The notes under the pieces are model-generated. The model had not been told where the DNA came from, ran no database searches, and was given only the letters and a program-made list of their open reading frames with translations. From a virus, in the IMG/VR virus record IMGVR_UViG_3300023311_000098, positions 134-64,133 of that record: a DNA stretch of 64,000 nucleotides; one strand, given 5' to 3'. This document shows positions 1-8,935 of the stretch, piece by piece. The position numbers and the translations under genes are program-made. The first letter of the stretch is position 1; each line of letters begins with the position of its first letter.

Positions 1-73
1 GAGCGCGACGGACGTAGGTCGCCATGGACATGGGGTAAATTAAATAACTTAGGCAGATTTTGATTTTATCCAT
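1..73 (-). CDS. 5' part of a glycosyltransferase that continues across the circular junction into 63992..63151
   Basis: ATG at 73 reads MDKIKICLSYLIYPMSMATYVRRA and continues in frame (LERRDDVELFVTGPYFGDWIPWSSG-MRLPTK) when the 8-nt terminal overlap is collapsed. Confidence 0.9.
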   Translation of the reverse strand, partial: MDKIKICLSYLIYPMSMATYVRRA

Positions 74-485
74 TTGTCCTCTTAAACAAAATATCTGCGC
101 TATTTTCTTGGGCATTGAGAGGCCAAATACTATTTACCGGGCTGGATAGGTTTTCACCGGTTTCGATCCAAACTTCTGTTGGAAGTCCATAGTTATCGGT
201 ATCCGGCCAAGCTTCAAGAACCCTTTTCAATTCTGCAACGGTAAGACCGTTCAGAAATTCATAAATCTTTATCTTACCCATTTTTTCATCATCCTCAATC
301 ACTAAAAAACAATGCAAGTTTTGTGTCATTCCAACCAATAATTTTTTTGATTTATATTCTACATATTGACCGGTGGGTTCGGATTTTATTTCTATTTTAC
401 AGTTCTTGGTAAATGAACCAAAACCAAACTTTTTTACCAATTCGATAGCGACTTCGTGAGGAATTTCTATTCTTACTTCATCCAT
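66..485 (-). CDS. hypothetical protein (possibly two fused small ORFs)
   Basis: 139 aa ORF overlapping both neighbours; internal MGKIKI could be a second start. Confidence 0.7.
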   Translation of the reverse strand: MDEVRIEIPHEVAIELVKKFGFGSFTKNCKIEIKSEPTGQYVEYKSKKLLVGMTQNLHCFLVIEDDEKMGKIKIYEFLNGLTVAELKRVLEAWPDTDNYGLPTEVWIETGENLSSPVNSIWPLNAQENSADILFKRTNG

Positions 486-1096
486 TTTTCCTCGAATCTC
501 TTCTGGTTTCTGCGCGTTATATTCTCGCGCGCTGGATTATAACCAAGCGTCCCCGCCCCCATGTGCTTCAAGAACGGGGTGTTCAATGCAAATACTGGAT
601 AACCCAACGCGTAAGCCTGAGTCGATAAATCCACGTCCTCGAAGTCATTCGGGGCAAATCGGGTATCGAAAGATATGTCATTCCATATCTCTTTGGAGGC
701 GGCGAGGAAATAACCCTCCAGATAGGGAAACACCTTACCATTGAACGTGTTCCAGCCTGTATTGTGGGAGAGAAGTGTATTCCCAACCAGAGAGAGCGGG
801 GAGGACCTAATCTGTTTCTCTACCAAGGGAATGAAGTCCCCTGTTACCAAGACATCGTTATTCATCAGGATTTTTATGTCGCCCTTGGCCACTACCAGTC
901 CGGCCCTCGAAGCGAACAAAAAGCCCATGTTCTCATTAACCCGACAAACAACAATGGACGGATTTTGATAGGGTACTTTCGACCCATCGTCGAAGACAAG
1001 TATCTCAGGTTCTTTGCCACAGTATTTTCGTAGCGAAAGTACGAGTTGATTCGTAAGTTCTGTTTTTTCAAAGTGGGGAATGATTACGCTAATCAT
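473..1096 (-). CDS. glycosyltransferase family 2
   Basis: SVIIPHF, VFDDGS, NMGF, LMNNDV and FEDVDL GT-A motifs; start trimmed to MISVIIP. Confidence 0.92.
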   Translation of the reverse strand: MISVIIPHFEKTELTNQLVLSLRKYCGKEPEILVFDDGSKVPYQNPSIVVCRVNENMGFLFASRAGLVVAKGDIKILMNNDVLVTGDFIPLVEKQIRSSPLSLVGNTLLSHNTGWNTFNGKVFPYLEGYFLAASKEIWNDISFDTRFAPNDFEDVDLSTQAYALGYPVFALNTPFLKHMGAGTLGYNPARENITRRNQKRFEEKWMK

Positions 1097-1259
1097 TTTT
1101 GTTGTCATCCTCGATTGAACCCAATAGAGACAAAACGGCATTTATTGTGACGACTCCCACCCACCACACTAAACTAAATGGTTCTATTCCGACGGTCTGC
1201 AAAAATAATACAGCCAGCACCCCATTAATTGTAACCCTCCACCATTTTATTTTTCTCAT
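1089..1259 (-). CDS. small membrane protein (56 aa, below ORF-track cutoff)
   Basis: MRKIKWWRVTINGVLAVLFL...; two hydrophobic segments; AGGAG SD and TATAAT upstream. Confidence 0.7.
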   Translation of the reverse strand: MRKIKWWRVTINGVLAVLFLQTVGIEPFSLVWWVGVVTINAVLSLLGSIEDDNKND

Positions 1260-1301
1260 ATTTATCTTTTCTCCTTACCCCATTATACATCAAAAACGGG
1301 T

Positions 1302-1535
1302 CTAATAATGACCCGTTTCAAACACTTTTATCTCCATTTCTCCCGCTTTATGACAGAGAGGTGTATTCATCCCACAACAGCCTCCCTTCAAAGACAATAA
1401 GGTCTGTACATCCCCTTCGTCCACCCAGCACAATGAAATAGAGTGTTCACAACCAAAAACATACTCATGCCCGTTCACAATAATGTATTTTGGAATAGGC
1501 TGGTAGTAACAAAGCGCGACTTTATTCTGATCCAT
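1302..1535 (-). CDS. small hypothetical protein with GGCCG motif
   Basis: 77 aa, coupled to the upstream gene in the post-capsid operon. Confidence 0.75.
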   Translation of the reverse strand: MDQNKVALCYYQPIPKYIIVNGHEYVFGCEHSISLCWVDEGDVQTLLSLKGGCCGMNTPLCHKAGEMEIKVFETGHY

Positions 1536-1761
1536 GAAGAATAGACTTGAGATTTCTTATGCAATCTGCATATCGCGAAGCGTTTATCGTCAACGTGCAA
1601 TTTGAAAAGTCTTTCTTGACTTGAGTGAAGTCAATCTCCCCTGTGAAGTGAAACGTCTTTCTTCCGGGACTGTTAACATCGTCCGTGGACATCTCGATAT
1701 ATTTAGCCCCTAGCGTCATATAGGCGGCGGCGAGGTAGAAATTTCTGGTGTCGGTATCCAT
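1522..1761 (-). CDS. DUF5659-like small phage protein
   Basis: T.NFYLAAAY...F.F...Y...IRNLKSIL pattern; GGAG SD. Confidence 0.7.
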   Translation of the reverse strand: MDTDTRNFYLAAAYMTLGAKYIEMSTDDVNSPGRKTFHFTGEIDFTQVKKDFSNCTLTINASRYADCIRNLKSILHGSE

Positions 1762-1822
1762 GTATTTATTCTCCTATTCCTAATTCTAGCAGATGGGAAT
1801 AACGATACGCAATACCGAATGT

Positions 1823-1847
1823 AAAAAGCCCTCGCTTCCGAGGGCTA
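1823..1847 (-). terminator. intrinsic terminator after the major capsid gene
   Basis: AGCCCTCG-GAAG-CGAGGGCT followed by TTTT on the minus strand. Confidence 0.85.
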
Positions 1848-1871
1848 GTCTAATTGTGATTTTGGGTCGTT

Positions 1872-3053
1872 TTAGCCGAGAGCCGTGCAGCCGGAGTAAG
1901 TACGACCAGAGAACACTGAACGATAGGCACTTTGAGCGCAATACTGCTTGATAACTAAAGCTGTCTTAGCCCATATTTCAAATGCCACAGACGTGCACAT
2001 TGGGACCAGGTCCACGAGCGCGAGAGGAATCTGTGTGCTTCGATAGACCAGCGGGAGGCCGTTATGCTGCATACGGAGAGCGTACACTGTAGAGGCGAAA
2101 GCACCGTTGCCCATGTCGGTTCGGGCGAAGTTCACATCAGACACGACGGTCAGGCGACCGATGGAAGTATTGACGAATCCGGCGAAATTGAAGCCAGGAA
2201 TCATCCGGTCACCACTCTGTTGGAATACAACCTGAGAACCTTGGAAGCCCAACTGGAAGTAAGCGGACAACATCTCTTGAATAGCTTGAGGATGACCGAA
2301 TACGTGAGTCGGTTTGGCACAGGTTTCAGAGAGGAAGCGGTCGAACCCGATGGCGGAGTAGGAACCTGATACCGTCATACCGGAAACGCTTGAGCCGGTG
2401 TTGGTATGCGCGCCATTGGCGGGGACTACCAGAGCTTCCATTCCGTCGAATTCCAACGGACGAGCGGTGGCGTTACCTTCGGCCAGAAGTCTGTCCCAGG
2501 CGTTCATCACGAGGGCCATTCCCAGACGGATTTCCTTGACTTTCAGGCTGGCGATTTCAGCGCGGGTGAAGGTCGTGGCATCGGAACCACCGGGCATTCC
2601 TTCGACAGCGGAGTATCCACCCATCAGGGCTGAGATACCCCATCCAGCCGCTTGTGAAGCGATGGAGTGCAGGATGTCGGAGATGGTCAAGGATTTCTTG
2701 ACACCAATATTCTTCAGATCGACGGTGCGATTGGAGCCATCGTGAGAATACTCTTCAGGGCAAGCCCCATCCGTGAAGGCGATATAGTTCGACCCAGACA
2801 CGAAGGCCAGGGTGGTCATTTCGCGCCAGTTCTCTTGCTTCAGAGAGGTGCGGATTTCGGGGATGTTCTGGAAAAGGGAAATATCCTCACACATGTCCAG
2901 AATTTCGGTATGATCCAGGGGTGTGGGGAATTGCGCGGCGAAATCTCCTGGGGTGACTACATTCACCGCGAGGGGATCGGTAGCGCGCTGTACAACTGCA
3001 TCGGAAACCGGGATGGGTTGTCCGGTGGTTACATCTAAGCCAGTTTCGGGCAT
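1872..3053 (-). CDS. major capsid protein (HK97-like)
   Basis: 393 aa after protease/scaffold; EGNATARPLEFDGM motif; strong SD AAGGAG; own terminator. Confidence 0.85.
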   Translation of the reverse strand: MPETGLDVTTGQPIPVSDAVVQRATDPLAVNVVTPGDFAAQFPTPLDHTEILDMCEDISLFQNIPEIRTSLKQENWREMTTLAFVSGSNYIAFTDGACPEEYSHDGSNRTVDLKNIGVKKSLTISDILHSIASQAAGWGISALMGGYSAVEGMPGGSDATTFTRAEIASLKVKEIRLGMALVMNAWDRLLAEGNATARPLEFDGMEALVVPANGAHTNTGSSVSGMTVSGSYSAIGFDRFLSETCAKPTHVFGHPQAIQEMLSAYFQLGFQGSQVVFQQSGDRMIPGFNFAGFVNTSIGRLTVVSDVNFARTDMGNGAFASTVYALRMQHNGLPLVYRSTQIPLALVDLVPMCTSVAFEIWAKTALVIKQYCAQSAYRSVFSGRTYSGCTALG

Positions 3054-3148
3054 GGCAAAATCTCCTTATAGAATAGGTTTATGCCGACGCTTGCTTGACC
3101 GGACGACGCTTTCGCTTTACCGCCCGACGCTCGCTTATACCGGGAGGT

Positions 3149-5113
3149 TTACTGAGGGGGAGTTAAACCGGCCCTCGTAAAGACAATATCGGTCAGGCTG
3201 GATTTCTTAGCCTTGGGTTGAACATTCGCCTTCTGAACCAAGGTGCGTACTTCGAGAGGGTTCAAAGAGCGAGGCTTTGGAATGACGGTTTGCGGAACGT
3301 TAGTGCGAGGTTGCGCAATCTGTGACCGCAAGATGGCCATATCGTTCTGGTTCTGGTCAAGTTTCTGCAAAGCCGCATCCAACTTATGTGAGAGTTGTGC
3401 AATCGCATCAAGAGGTTCAATTGGTTTTACTGGAGCAACCTCTGCTTTGATAACATCACCAAGGGCCTGGAGAACGGGCTGGATGGAAGTTAGTTTCTCT
3501 TCATCTGTCCCGGCCATGGACTTGGCGGCAACAACTGCATTGACCAGGGCTTCAATCGGCTCCATTAAGACTTGAGACTTGACCGAGACATAGGACTTCA
3601 ATAGATCGGTAGCCTTATGCACGGCCTCGCCCTTGGCAGCACTCTCTAACTCGGGACGATTGTAAATACTGTCCAAAAGACCATTCAGTTCTGCGAACAT
3701 GGCATCCAGGGTCTCTTGAGCGGTTCCGCGTTGCCATAGTTTGGGATTTAGCACCAGCGGAGGCATGTCCTGAGTATGAGAGGGGTCGTCGTCGCGAACC
3801 TGTGGAGCAATATCTAGCACGTTTGATTTTTCGGTCACTTCTTCACTTCCTTTCTTGGCTTCAACGCCTGCGGACTTTTCTCCGCGTTCGATACGTTTTC
3901 CAACCACGCCTTTACCACGATAACTGCCTTTTTCCTGCCCAAAGCGGGAAGCGGCGTTGGCGGCATGGGCTTTGTCCGGCATAGGATAACGATAATTCAC
4001 TGGGTCGCCCCATTTACTATCGGGGACGCTTGACCACTTGCCAGGTTTGGTAACATGCCCCTGTCCGAGAACGGCGATACCATACTTGGCAGCACGGGTT
4101 TTCTGTGAGGCTTTATTCTTTTCAAGGTCAGCCTTTTCCTCAACCAGAACTTCGGGGTAATCCTGAATTTCGGTCGCCTCGATGAATCCTTCTGGCTGTT
4201 CGGGAGATTCCGATACGTCTAGTACTTCTTCTTCGGTATCAGAGAATTCAACCAACGCCTCCGACTTCCCGACCAGCATAGCCTTCTGTTCAAGCTCTTC
4301 GGCCAGTTCGGGGTCGATGATGGTAGCGGCGTCCTGCTTACGTGTGATTTTAGCCATAGATTTATCTACCTCCACGCTTGCCCTTTGATTGACTGGTACT
4401 CTGGTGAGGGCAAAATGAACCAAATATCCATCCAAATACTTCTTGTCTCCAACTCCGTCCTCACATTGAGGGCAAGAATCGGTTAAAGACTGTCTTTTGA
4501 ACACCGGACCATCCCCGTGTTGGTGGGCGAGATCCAAAAATGCGATTGAAACACGAATTTTCTTGTCATCTGGTGAATTTTCATCATTTGAGAGGGATTT
4601 GTAGCAATTTCTGCCCAATTTTGTGTCAAAAAACTTGCCTTTTGACTTTAGAGCCTCTCCATCGGTGTAAACTGCCTCTGGAATTCCCGGAACCGCCTCT
4701 CCATTCAGGTCTGGGTAGTGCGAAATAGAGACATAGGGCATTCCACCCTTCCAATATTCAGATGTTACGATGCTTTGGAAGGCTTCGGGGACAGGTATTT
4801 TGTTTTCAATGTTCGAGATGAACGACTTATAGAGAGGCAAGGTCATCCTCTCGTCGTATAAATCCTTCTTGGTATCACTAGCGGTCATCTTCCAGCGCAT
4901 CGAAGCGCCGGGGGAGATAGCCATGGAGAACTCGACAAGCGCCTTTTCCTTGATCCACTTGCCGTCTACTTTTTTATAGCCTGCATTGGCGAGCGCGCCC
5001 CAACTTTTCTTTGCGGCGGTTTCGTCATTGTCCCCGGCTTTCTTAGAAGCGTCGTGGACTTTTTCCCACAACTTAAAACCGGGAGAACCTGCTGGTAAAC
5101 TCGAAAAAGGCAT
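3149..5113 (-). CDS. prohead protease/scaffold fusion with ChaB-like N-terminus
   Basis: lies between portal and capsid; N-terminal AAKKSWGAL..GYKKVDGKW, protease-like core (SISHY, RVSIAF, ALTRVPVN), acidic linker, helical C-terminus. Confidence 0.75.
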   Translation of the reverse strand: MPFSSLPAGSPGFKLWEKVHDASKKAGDNDETAAKKSWGALANAGYKKVDGKWIKEKALVEFSMAISPGASMRWKMTASDTKKDLYDERMTLPLYKSFISNIENKIPVPEAFQSIVTSEYWKGGMPYVSISHYPDLNGEAVPGIPEAVYTDGEALKSKGKFFDTKLGRNCYKSLSNDENSPDDKKIRVSIAFLDLAHQHGDGPVFKRQSLTDSCPQCEDGVGDKKYLDGYLVHFALTRVPVNQRASVEVDKSMAKITRKQDAATIIDPELAEELEQKAMLVGKSEALVEFSDTEEEVLDVSESPEQPEGFIEATEIQDYPEVLVEEKADLEKNKASQKTRAAKYGIAVLGQGHVTKPGKWSSVPDSKWGDPVNYRYPMPDKAHAANAASRFGQEKGSYRGKGVVGKRIERGEKSAGVEAKKGSEEVTEKSNVLDIAPQVRDDDPSHTQDMPPLVLNPKLWQRGTAQETLDAMFAELNGLLDSIYNRPELESAAKGEAVHKATDLLKSYVSVKSQVLMEPIEALVNAVVAAKSMAGTDEEKLTSIQPVLQALGDVIKAEVAPVKPIEPLDAIAQLSHKLDAALQKLDQNQNDMAILRSQIAQPRTNVPQTVIPKPRSLNPLEVRTLVQKANVQPKAKKSSLTDIVFTRAGLTPPQ

Positions 5114-5114
5114 G

Positions 5115-5420
5115 TTAGCTACTCACTACCAAAGTTCCAAAGACTTCCTGAAAACCTATCGAAAACAGATACACCACGAGCGAGATTATCGCTCCCGTTG
5201 CCAGTTCACTTACTACCGGGAAGTAAAACACCGATTTGAACAGGGCAACATGAAAAACCGCGGCAAGAAAGAAGTAAACCCAAACCCCAAGGCAGAAGTT
5301 ACATAAAAAAAGCTGGTTCAGAAAGGGTATCTTTATCTTCTGAACCAGCGGGAACTTCTGGATTGTGTAGATGCAGACCTTGCCGATCAGCATCAATAAA
5401 ACTAATTGTATGTCGCTCAT
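5115..5420 (-). CDS. DUF1360-like membrane protein
   Basis: hydrophobic helices with LFLCNFCLGVWV (CxxC..W). Confidence 0.7.
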   Translation of the reverse strand: MSDIQLVLLMLIGKVCIYTIQKFPLVQKIKIPFLNQLFLCNFCLGVWVYFFLAAVFHVALFKSVFYFPVVSELATGAIISLVVYLFSIGFQEVFGTLVVSS

Positions 5421-5674
5421 GCTTTAGGGCGACCGGCCTTTCGTACTTCTGTCGAAACGTTTGGTACAACATTCCGAACTTCGGCAACTACTGGTTCAAG
5501 GATATACAGCACCTTGAAGAAGCCAGCCATTTTTTCCTGGTCGTTGGTTGGTCCTAGATAAACGACACTGGACAGTTTCCAGCCAACCGGCAATTCAACT
5601 TCCGGCGAACTTCCGGGCGAACCAATTGTACGAACCATATTATAAATCTTTGACATTTTCAATCTCCTTATCAA
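5417..5674 (-). CDS. hypothetical protein
   Basis: coupled ORF ending in AT-hook-like RKAGRPKA; true start may be 5656. Confidence 0.7.
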   Translation of the reverse strand: MIRRLKMSKIYNMVRTIGSPGSSPEVELPVGWKLSSVVYLGPTNDQEKMAGFFKVLYILEPVVAEVRNVVPNVSTEVRKAGRPKA

Positions 5675-7667
5675 GTATCTTCTCTAAGATTTGCTGACCT
5701 GCTGTTTCTGCGGCGGTCATCAACTGCGGATAGGCTTCAACAAACTTATTTACCACAGAAGCAACAATTGTAGCTTTATTATCACTTTTTTCAACCGTAG
5801 GGTCAATAGTGAGTTCATCAAGTAAATCCGAGAATATTGTGGTCGCCATGATGGAACGCGCTATCTCGGTGGCTTCAGTGGAGGCTTTTTCCATGCAATT
5901 CGGTATATCTACTGAATGGATTTTCTGTTCGGCTTCGATTTCATCGTACCCATTTTCATACGCGTCGTCCGACTCAGACATTTTTAGATAGACCTTATCC
6001 CGAAGAGCCTGCTCGACTTTCGGCGCATCTTCCGAGTTGAATCGTACTTCGCCAAGCCCGTTGCGCTTTAGCGAACCCTGAATAGTTCTGCGTCTCTTTT
6101 CAACGTCCTCAATCATTCGGGCTTCTGGGTCGCGCCACCATAGAGCATCGGCAATGTGTTTTTTCCATGCCTCGACTTCTTCTGGCTTCATGTTCTTTAT
6201 TGTTGTGATAAAGTCATGGATTGGGGAATAGGCTTGCTTTACTGATTTGTCGGCCTGTTTTTTTAGGTCAATAATTCCACTATCGGCCAACGAAGCCTGG
6301 ACAGAACTGACTTCACCGCGTCCACCGTTATCGGCGGATACCTTTTCTCCGATAAGTCCGGGGCGAGTAGTGTTCCCAGACTGGGGCCATTCGATACTCT
6401 TGTCATCTAAAGTCTCGGGAACAGACACGGTAACAAGCCCATCCACAAGGGCCTGTGCGCGCATTTCCTGTGGAGTAAAGACGTGATTGCGAATCAGGAT
6501 TTCGTCTGCCTGTCCATTTGCCAATCTTGCGCGTCCCTGTGCAACGTTTTGGTCGGAGTCAAAGTCGATCCAGGTAAACTCAAGTTCTTCGGGAAGAATG
6601 TGGTCGTAGAATGATTTGAACTTCTTTTTCATAACCGAGAGAATGTTCTTCTTGGTCTTACGCTCATCCCGGATGGTTCCAGAGAGAGTTTCCCCGCCGT
6701 TGGAAGAACCACCCATCCCGATGTCTGAAGGACTCATTCCATACCCAGCACAGATTAGGTTGGCATAGCGCGCGGTGATTCGGTCGAACATCAATTCATT
6801 CGGATTCATCTGGAATGGAATCCACTCCACCTTGGTTGTGTGTTCGTAGAGGACGGGAATCTTCATCGGGTCAGTACCAGTAAATAAGTCCTGCGCCTCT
6901 TTCATCCACTCCTGTGCGGTTTCCTTGGTAGTATCTCCGAGGTCGAGGATACCAACCTGAGGGGTATTCAAAAGTAGTTCAGCGTAATACTTATCACCAC
7001 GCTTCATCAATTCAAAGGCTAGGTAAATCTGTTCGGGGGGAGCCATACCCCAACCCTCACGCCAAATATCTGAACGAGGACTCATATATTGACGTGCTAT
7101 TGAATATGCTGGAAACGCAATGGGTTCAGTAATCATGTTGGGAACGCGCTGAATAACAGGAAAATCAGCGTTTAGCGAGGGCATTAGAGTACCCGCGTCT
7201 AGGCAACGTATCCAGACTACTTTCCCATTAGGATCATCATTCTCGTGTCCCAATTCTGCGGCCATCCCAAAGGGCAGATCGAGCAAGTCTTTACCCAGCC
7301 ATTCGAGTCTACCCGTGAAATCAATTCCGTCATACATCCCCTCATTGTCAATTAATCGCGTGTTGTATTTTATTTTGGCTTTCAGCTCATCGGTCTTATT
7401 GGAGTCTCTTGCAACAATCTTCCAATCCAGCGCGGTGAGTTGAGAGATGGCGGTATTCCTACAGACAGTAGCGATGGGGACAGACATAACGAAATTACGC
7501 CATATCTGAGCCTCCCACCAATTGGGCGAATTCCACGCGGGGGCAACGCGATAAAGGAAATTCAAAACATTTCCACCGGGGGCAGAACGCTGAGATGGAA
7601 GGGTGGTTTGTACCAAAAGATCGGTGGGATTAAGTTGTTTTGCTTTAGTTCGTGTTTTGGCAGCCAT
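5640..7667 (-). CDS. portal protein with C-terminal extension
   Basis: GWGMAPPE, ICAGYGMSPSDIG and FTPQEMR portal motifs; position after terminase. Confidence 0.88.
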   Translation of the reverse strand: MAAKTRTKAKQLNPTDLLVQTTLPSQRSAPGGNVLNFLYRVAPAWNSPNWWEAQIWRNFVMSVPIATVCRNTAISQLTALDWKIVARDSNKTDELKAKIKYNTRLIDNEGMYDGIDFTGRLEWLGKDLLDLPFGMAAELGHENDDPNGKVVWIRCLDAGTLMPSLNADFPVIQRVPNMITEPIAFPAYSIARQYMSPRSDIWREGWGMAPPEQIYLAFELMKRGDKYYAELLLNTPQVGILDLGDTTKETAQEWMKEAQDLFTGTDPMKIPVLYEHTTKVEWIPFQMNPNELMFDRITARYANLICAGYGMSPSDIGMGGSSNGGETLSGTIRDERKTKKNILSVMKKKFKSFYDHILPEELEFTWIDFDSDQNVAQGRARLANGQADEILIRNHVFTPQEMRAQALVDGLVTVSVPETLDDKSIEWPQSGNTTRPGLIGEKVSADNGGRGEVSSVQASLADSGIIDLKKQADKSVKQAYSPIHDFITTIKNMKPEEVEAWKKHIADALWWRDPEARMIEDVEKRRRTIQGSLKRNGLGEVRFNSEDAPKVEQALRDKVYLKMSESDDAYENGYDEIEAEQKIHSVDIPNCMEKASTEATEIARSIMATTIFSDLLDELTIDPTVEKSDNKATIVASVVNKFVEAYPQLMTAAETAGQQILEKILDKEIENVKDL

Positions 7668-7729
7668 TACTATGATTATAAACTTTACTCACTATCATTT
7701 CATAGAGTGAGTTTATGATAAAATTAGGT
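7668..7729. promoter_or_regulatory. divergent -10 promoters with central inverted repeat
   Basis: TATAAT (-) 7680-7675, 7 nt before portal ATG; TGaTAAAAT (+) 7716-7724, 5 nt before ATG 7730; ACTCACT...AGTGAGT between them. Confidence 0.65.
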
Positions 7730-7864
7730 ATGTATATATGTCATTCTTGCTCGGGAGGATGTTTAGGACTTAGTTTCCATCACGGGAAATTTGGATGCGT
7801 TTATTGCGGTTGCAGAAAGACCGAGGAAGAAGTAGAGCAGAGTGGCGAACCTCCCAACTTGTGA
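7730..7864 (+). CDS. unannotated 44 aa Cys-rich protein
   Basis: MYICHSCSGGCLGLSFHHGKFGCVYCGCRKTEEEVEQSGEPPNL; two CxxC motifs. Confidence 0.6.
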   Translation: MYICHSCSGGCLGLSFHHGKFGCVYCGCRKTEEEVEQSGEPPNL

Positions 7865-7876
7865 TATAATTCTCTA

Positions 7877-7945
7877 GTTCTTCCTCCTTTCTAACGGCGG
7901 TATGCCGCCCTCCCTAAACTCGCCTCCTCCTCGGGCGAGTTTCCG
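7877..7945 (+). ncRNA. putative anti-Shine-Dalgarno small RNA
   Basis: extended -10 TGaTATAAT at 7862-7870; three CCTCC tracts; two hairpins, the last terminator-like. Confidence 0.55.
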
Positions 7946-7958
7946 TATCAGTTCGTGT

Positions 7959-8744
7959 TTATATTTTCAAAGATGTTCTGATTACTTCTACCGCCAATTT
8001 ATTAATTTTATCAATATCCGGCCCCTTAGGAAGTTTGCAGTTTAGATAAGCCTCTTCCGCCAACTTGAAAAGACAGTCTGATTCTTTTTCCACTTGCTCC
8101 ATAGTCCATTCGCCGCGCTTTATTTCAAGAAGTTGTGTAGCGTCTTCCCGTAGTACATAAAGACAACCATCTTTTAGATATTCAATACCCATGCGAAGTA
8201 GCCGAATAAGATGGGCGGCATTTTTGCAATCATATCCATACTTTCCAAACAATTCAATCCGCTTTTGGCCCATGTGACCGAGTTTCTGTCCATGAGTCAT
8301 TTTGTGTAATTGTCCATAAGCATAACCAGTAAATGAACGATAAACATGCCTTCCAACAAACGCGTCTCTATTTTCAATTAGTAGGTCAAACGCCGGTTCT
8401 TTCTTGATATAATAATTCTGGTCAAGATAAAGCAAAGTTAATGCATTGGGATTACCAACAGATAAAAGATGAATAAACTTATTGGCCTCATAAACAACAA
8501 TGTCCCATTCATCCTTTTTAATTTCTTTAGTTCCATTGGTTGGAAACATTCCCCCAACAGCGTGTAAACCGAAGTAATAATCAATCGGGGGGACGCATAC
8601 CCCCATTACGTCTTTATCGTCTATGGAATTTGGGTCGGTAGAGGGAATATACATTCCATGGGCGATACTACCTCGGTAGGCAATACAAATTGACCAATCT
8701 CCCAAACATAAATCTTCACGTAGAACGTCTTTGGGAATACCCAT
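7959..8744 (-). CDS. Pol-beta superfamily nucleotidyltransferase (RlaP-like)
   Basis: RGSIAHG...SIDDKDVMGV, NPN, GYDCKNAAHLIRLL and LLEIKRGE motifs. Confidence 0.9.
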   Translation of the reverse strand: MGIPKDVLREDLCLGDWSICIAYRGSIAHGMYIPSTDPNSIDDKDVMGVCVPPIDYYFGLHAVGGMFPTNGTKEIKKDEWDIVVYEANKFIHLLSVGNPNALTLLYLDQNYYIKKEPAFDLLIENRDAFVGRHVYRSFTGYAYGQLHKMTHGQKLGHMGQKRIELFGKYGYDCKNAAHLIRLLRMGIEYLKDGCLYVLREDATQLLEIKRGEWTMEQVEKESDCLFKLAEEAYLNCKLPKGPDIDKINKLAVEVIRTSLKI

Positions 8745-8799
8745 TTTTTATCCTTTCTCTATATTTCTATTATATCTTAATTTACGTTTCAACTCGTAC

Positions 8800-8935
8800 T
8801 TGACGTGAATAGATTCATAAGTTACACTTATATCGTTCAGGCAGTACGATGCGGTTTGTGATACAATATATTAATTCCCCGGAAGTTATCGGAATCTGCC
8901 TGAACAACAGACCGCAACTTTCGGGGTTTTTTATT
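8800..8935 (+). promoter_or_regulatory. sigma70-type promoter plus attenuator-like leader of the endonuclease gene
   Basis: TTGACG-17-TACACT (8800-8828); three interleaved inverted repeats ending in a hairpin and T-tract. Confidence 0.7.

Noticed and set aside
2064-3180. Plus-strand ORFs antisense to the capsid gene (and similar shadow ORFs genome-wide)
   Set aside because: Shadows of long coding frames without SD or recognisable motifs.
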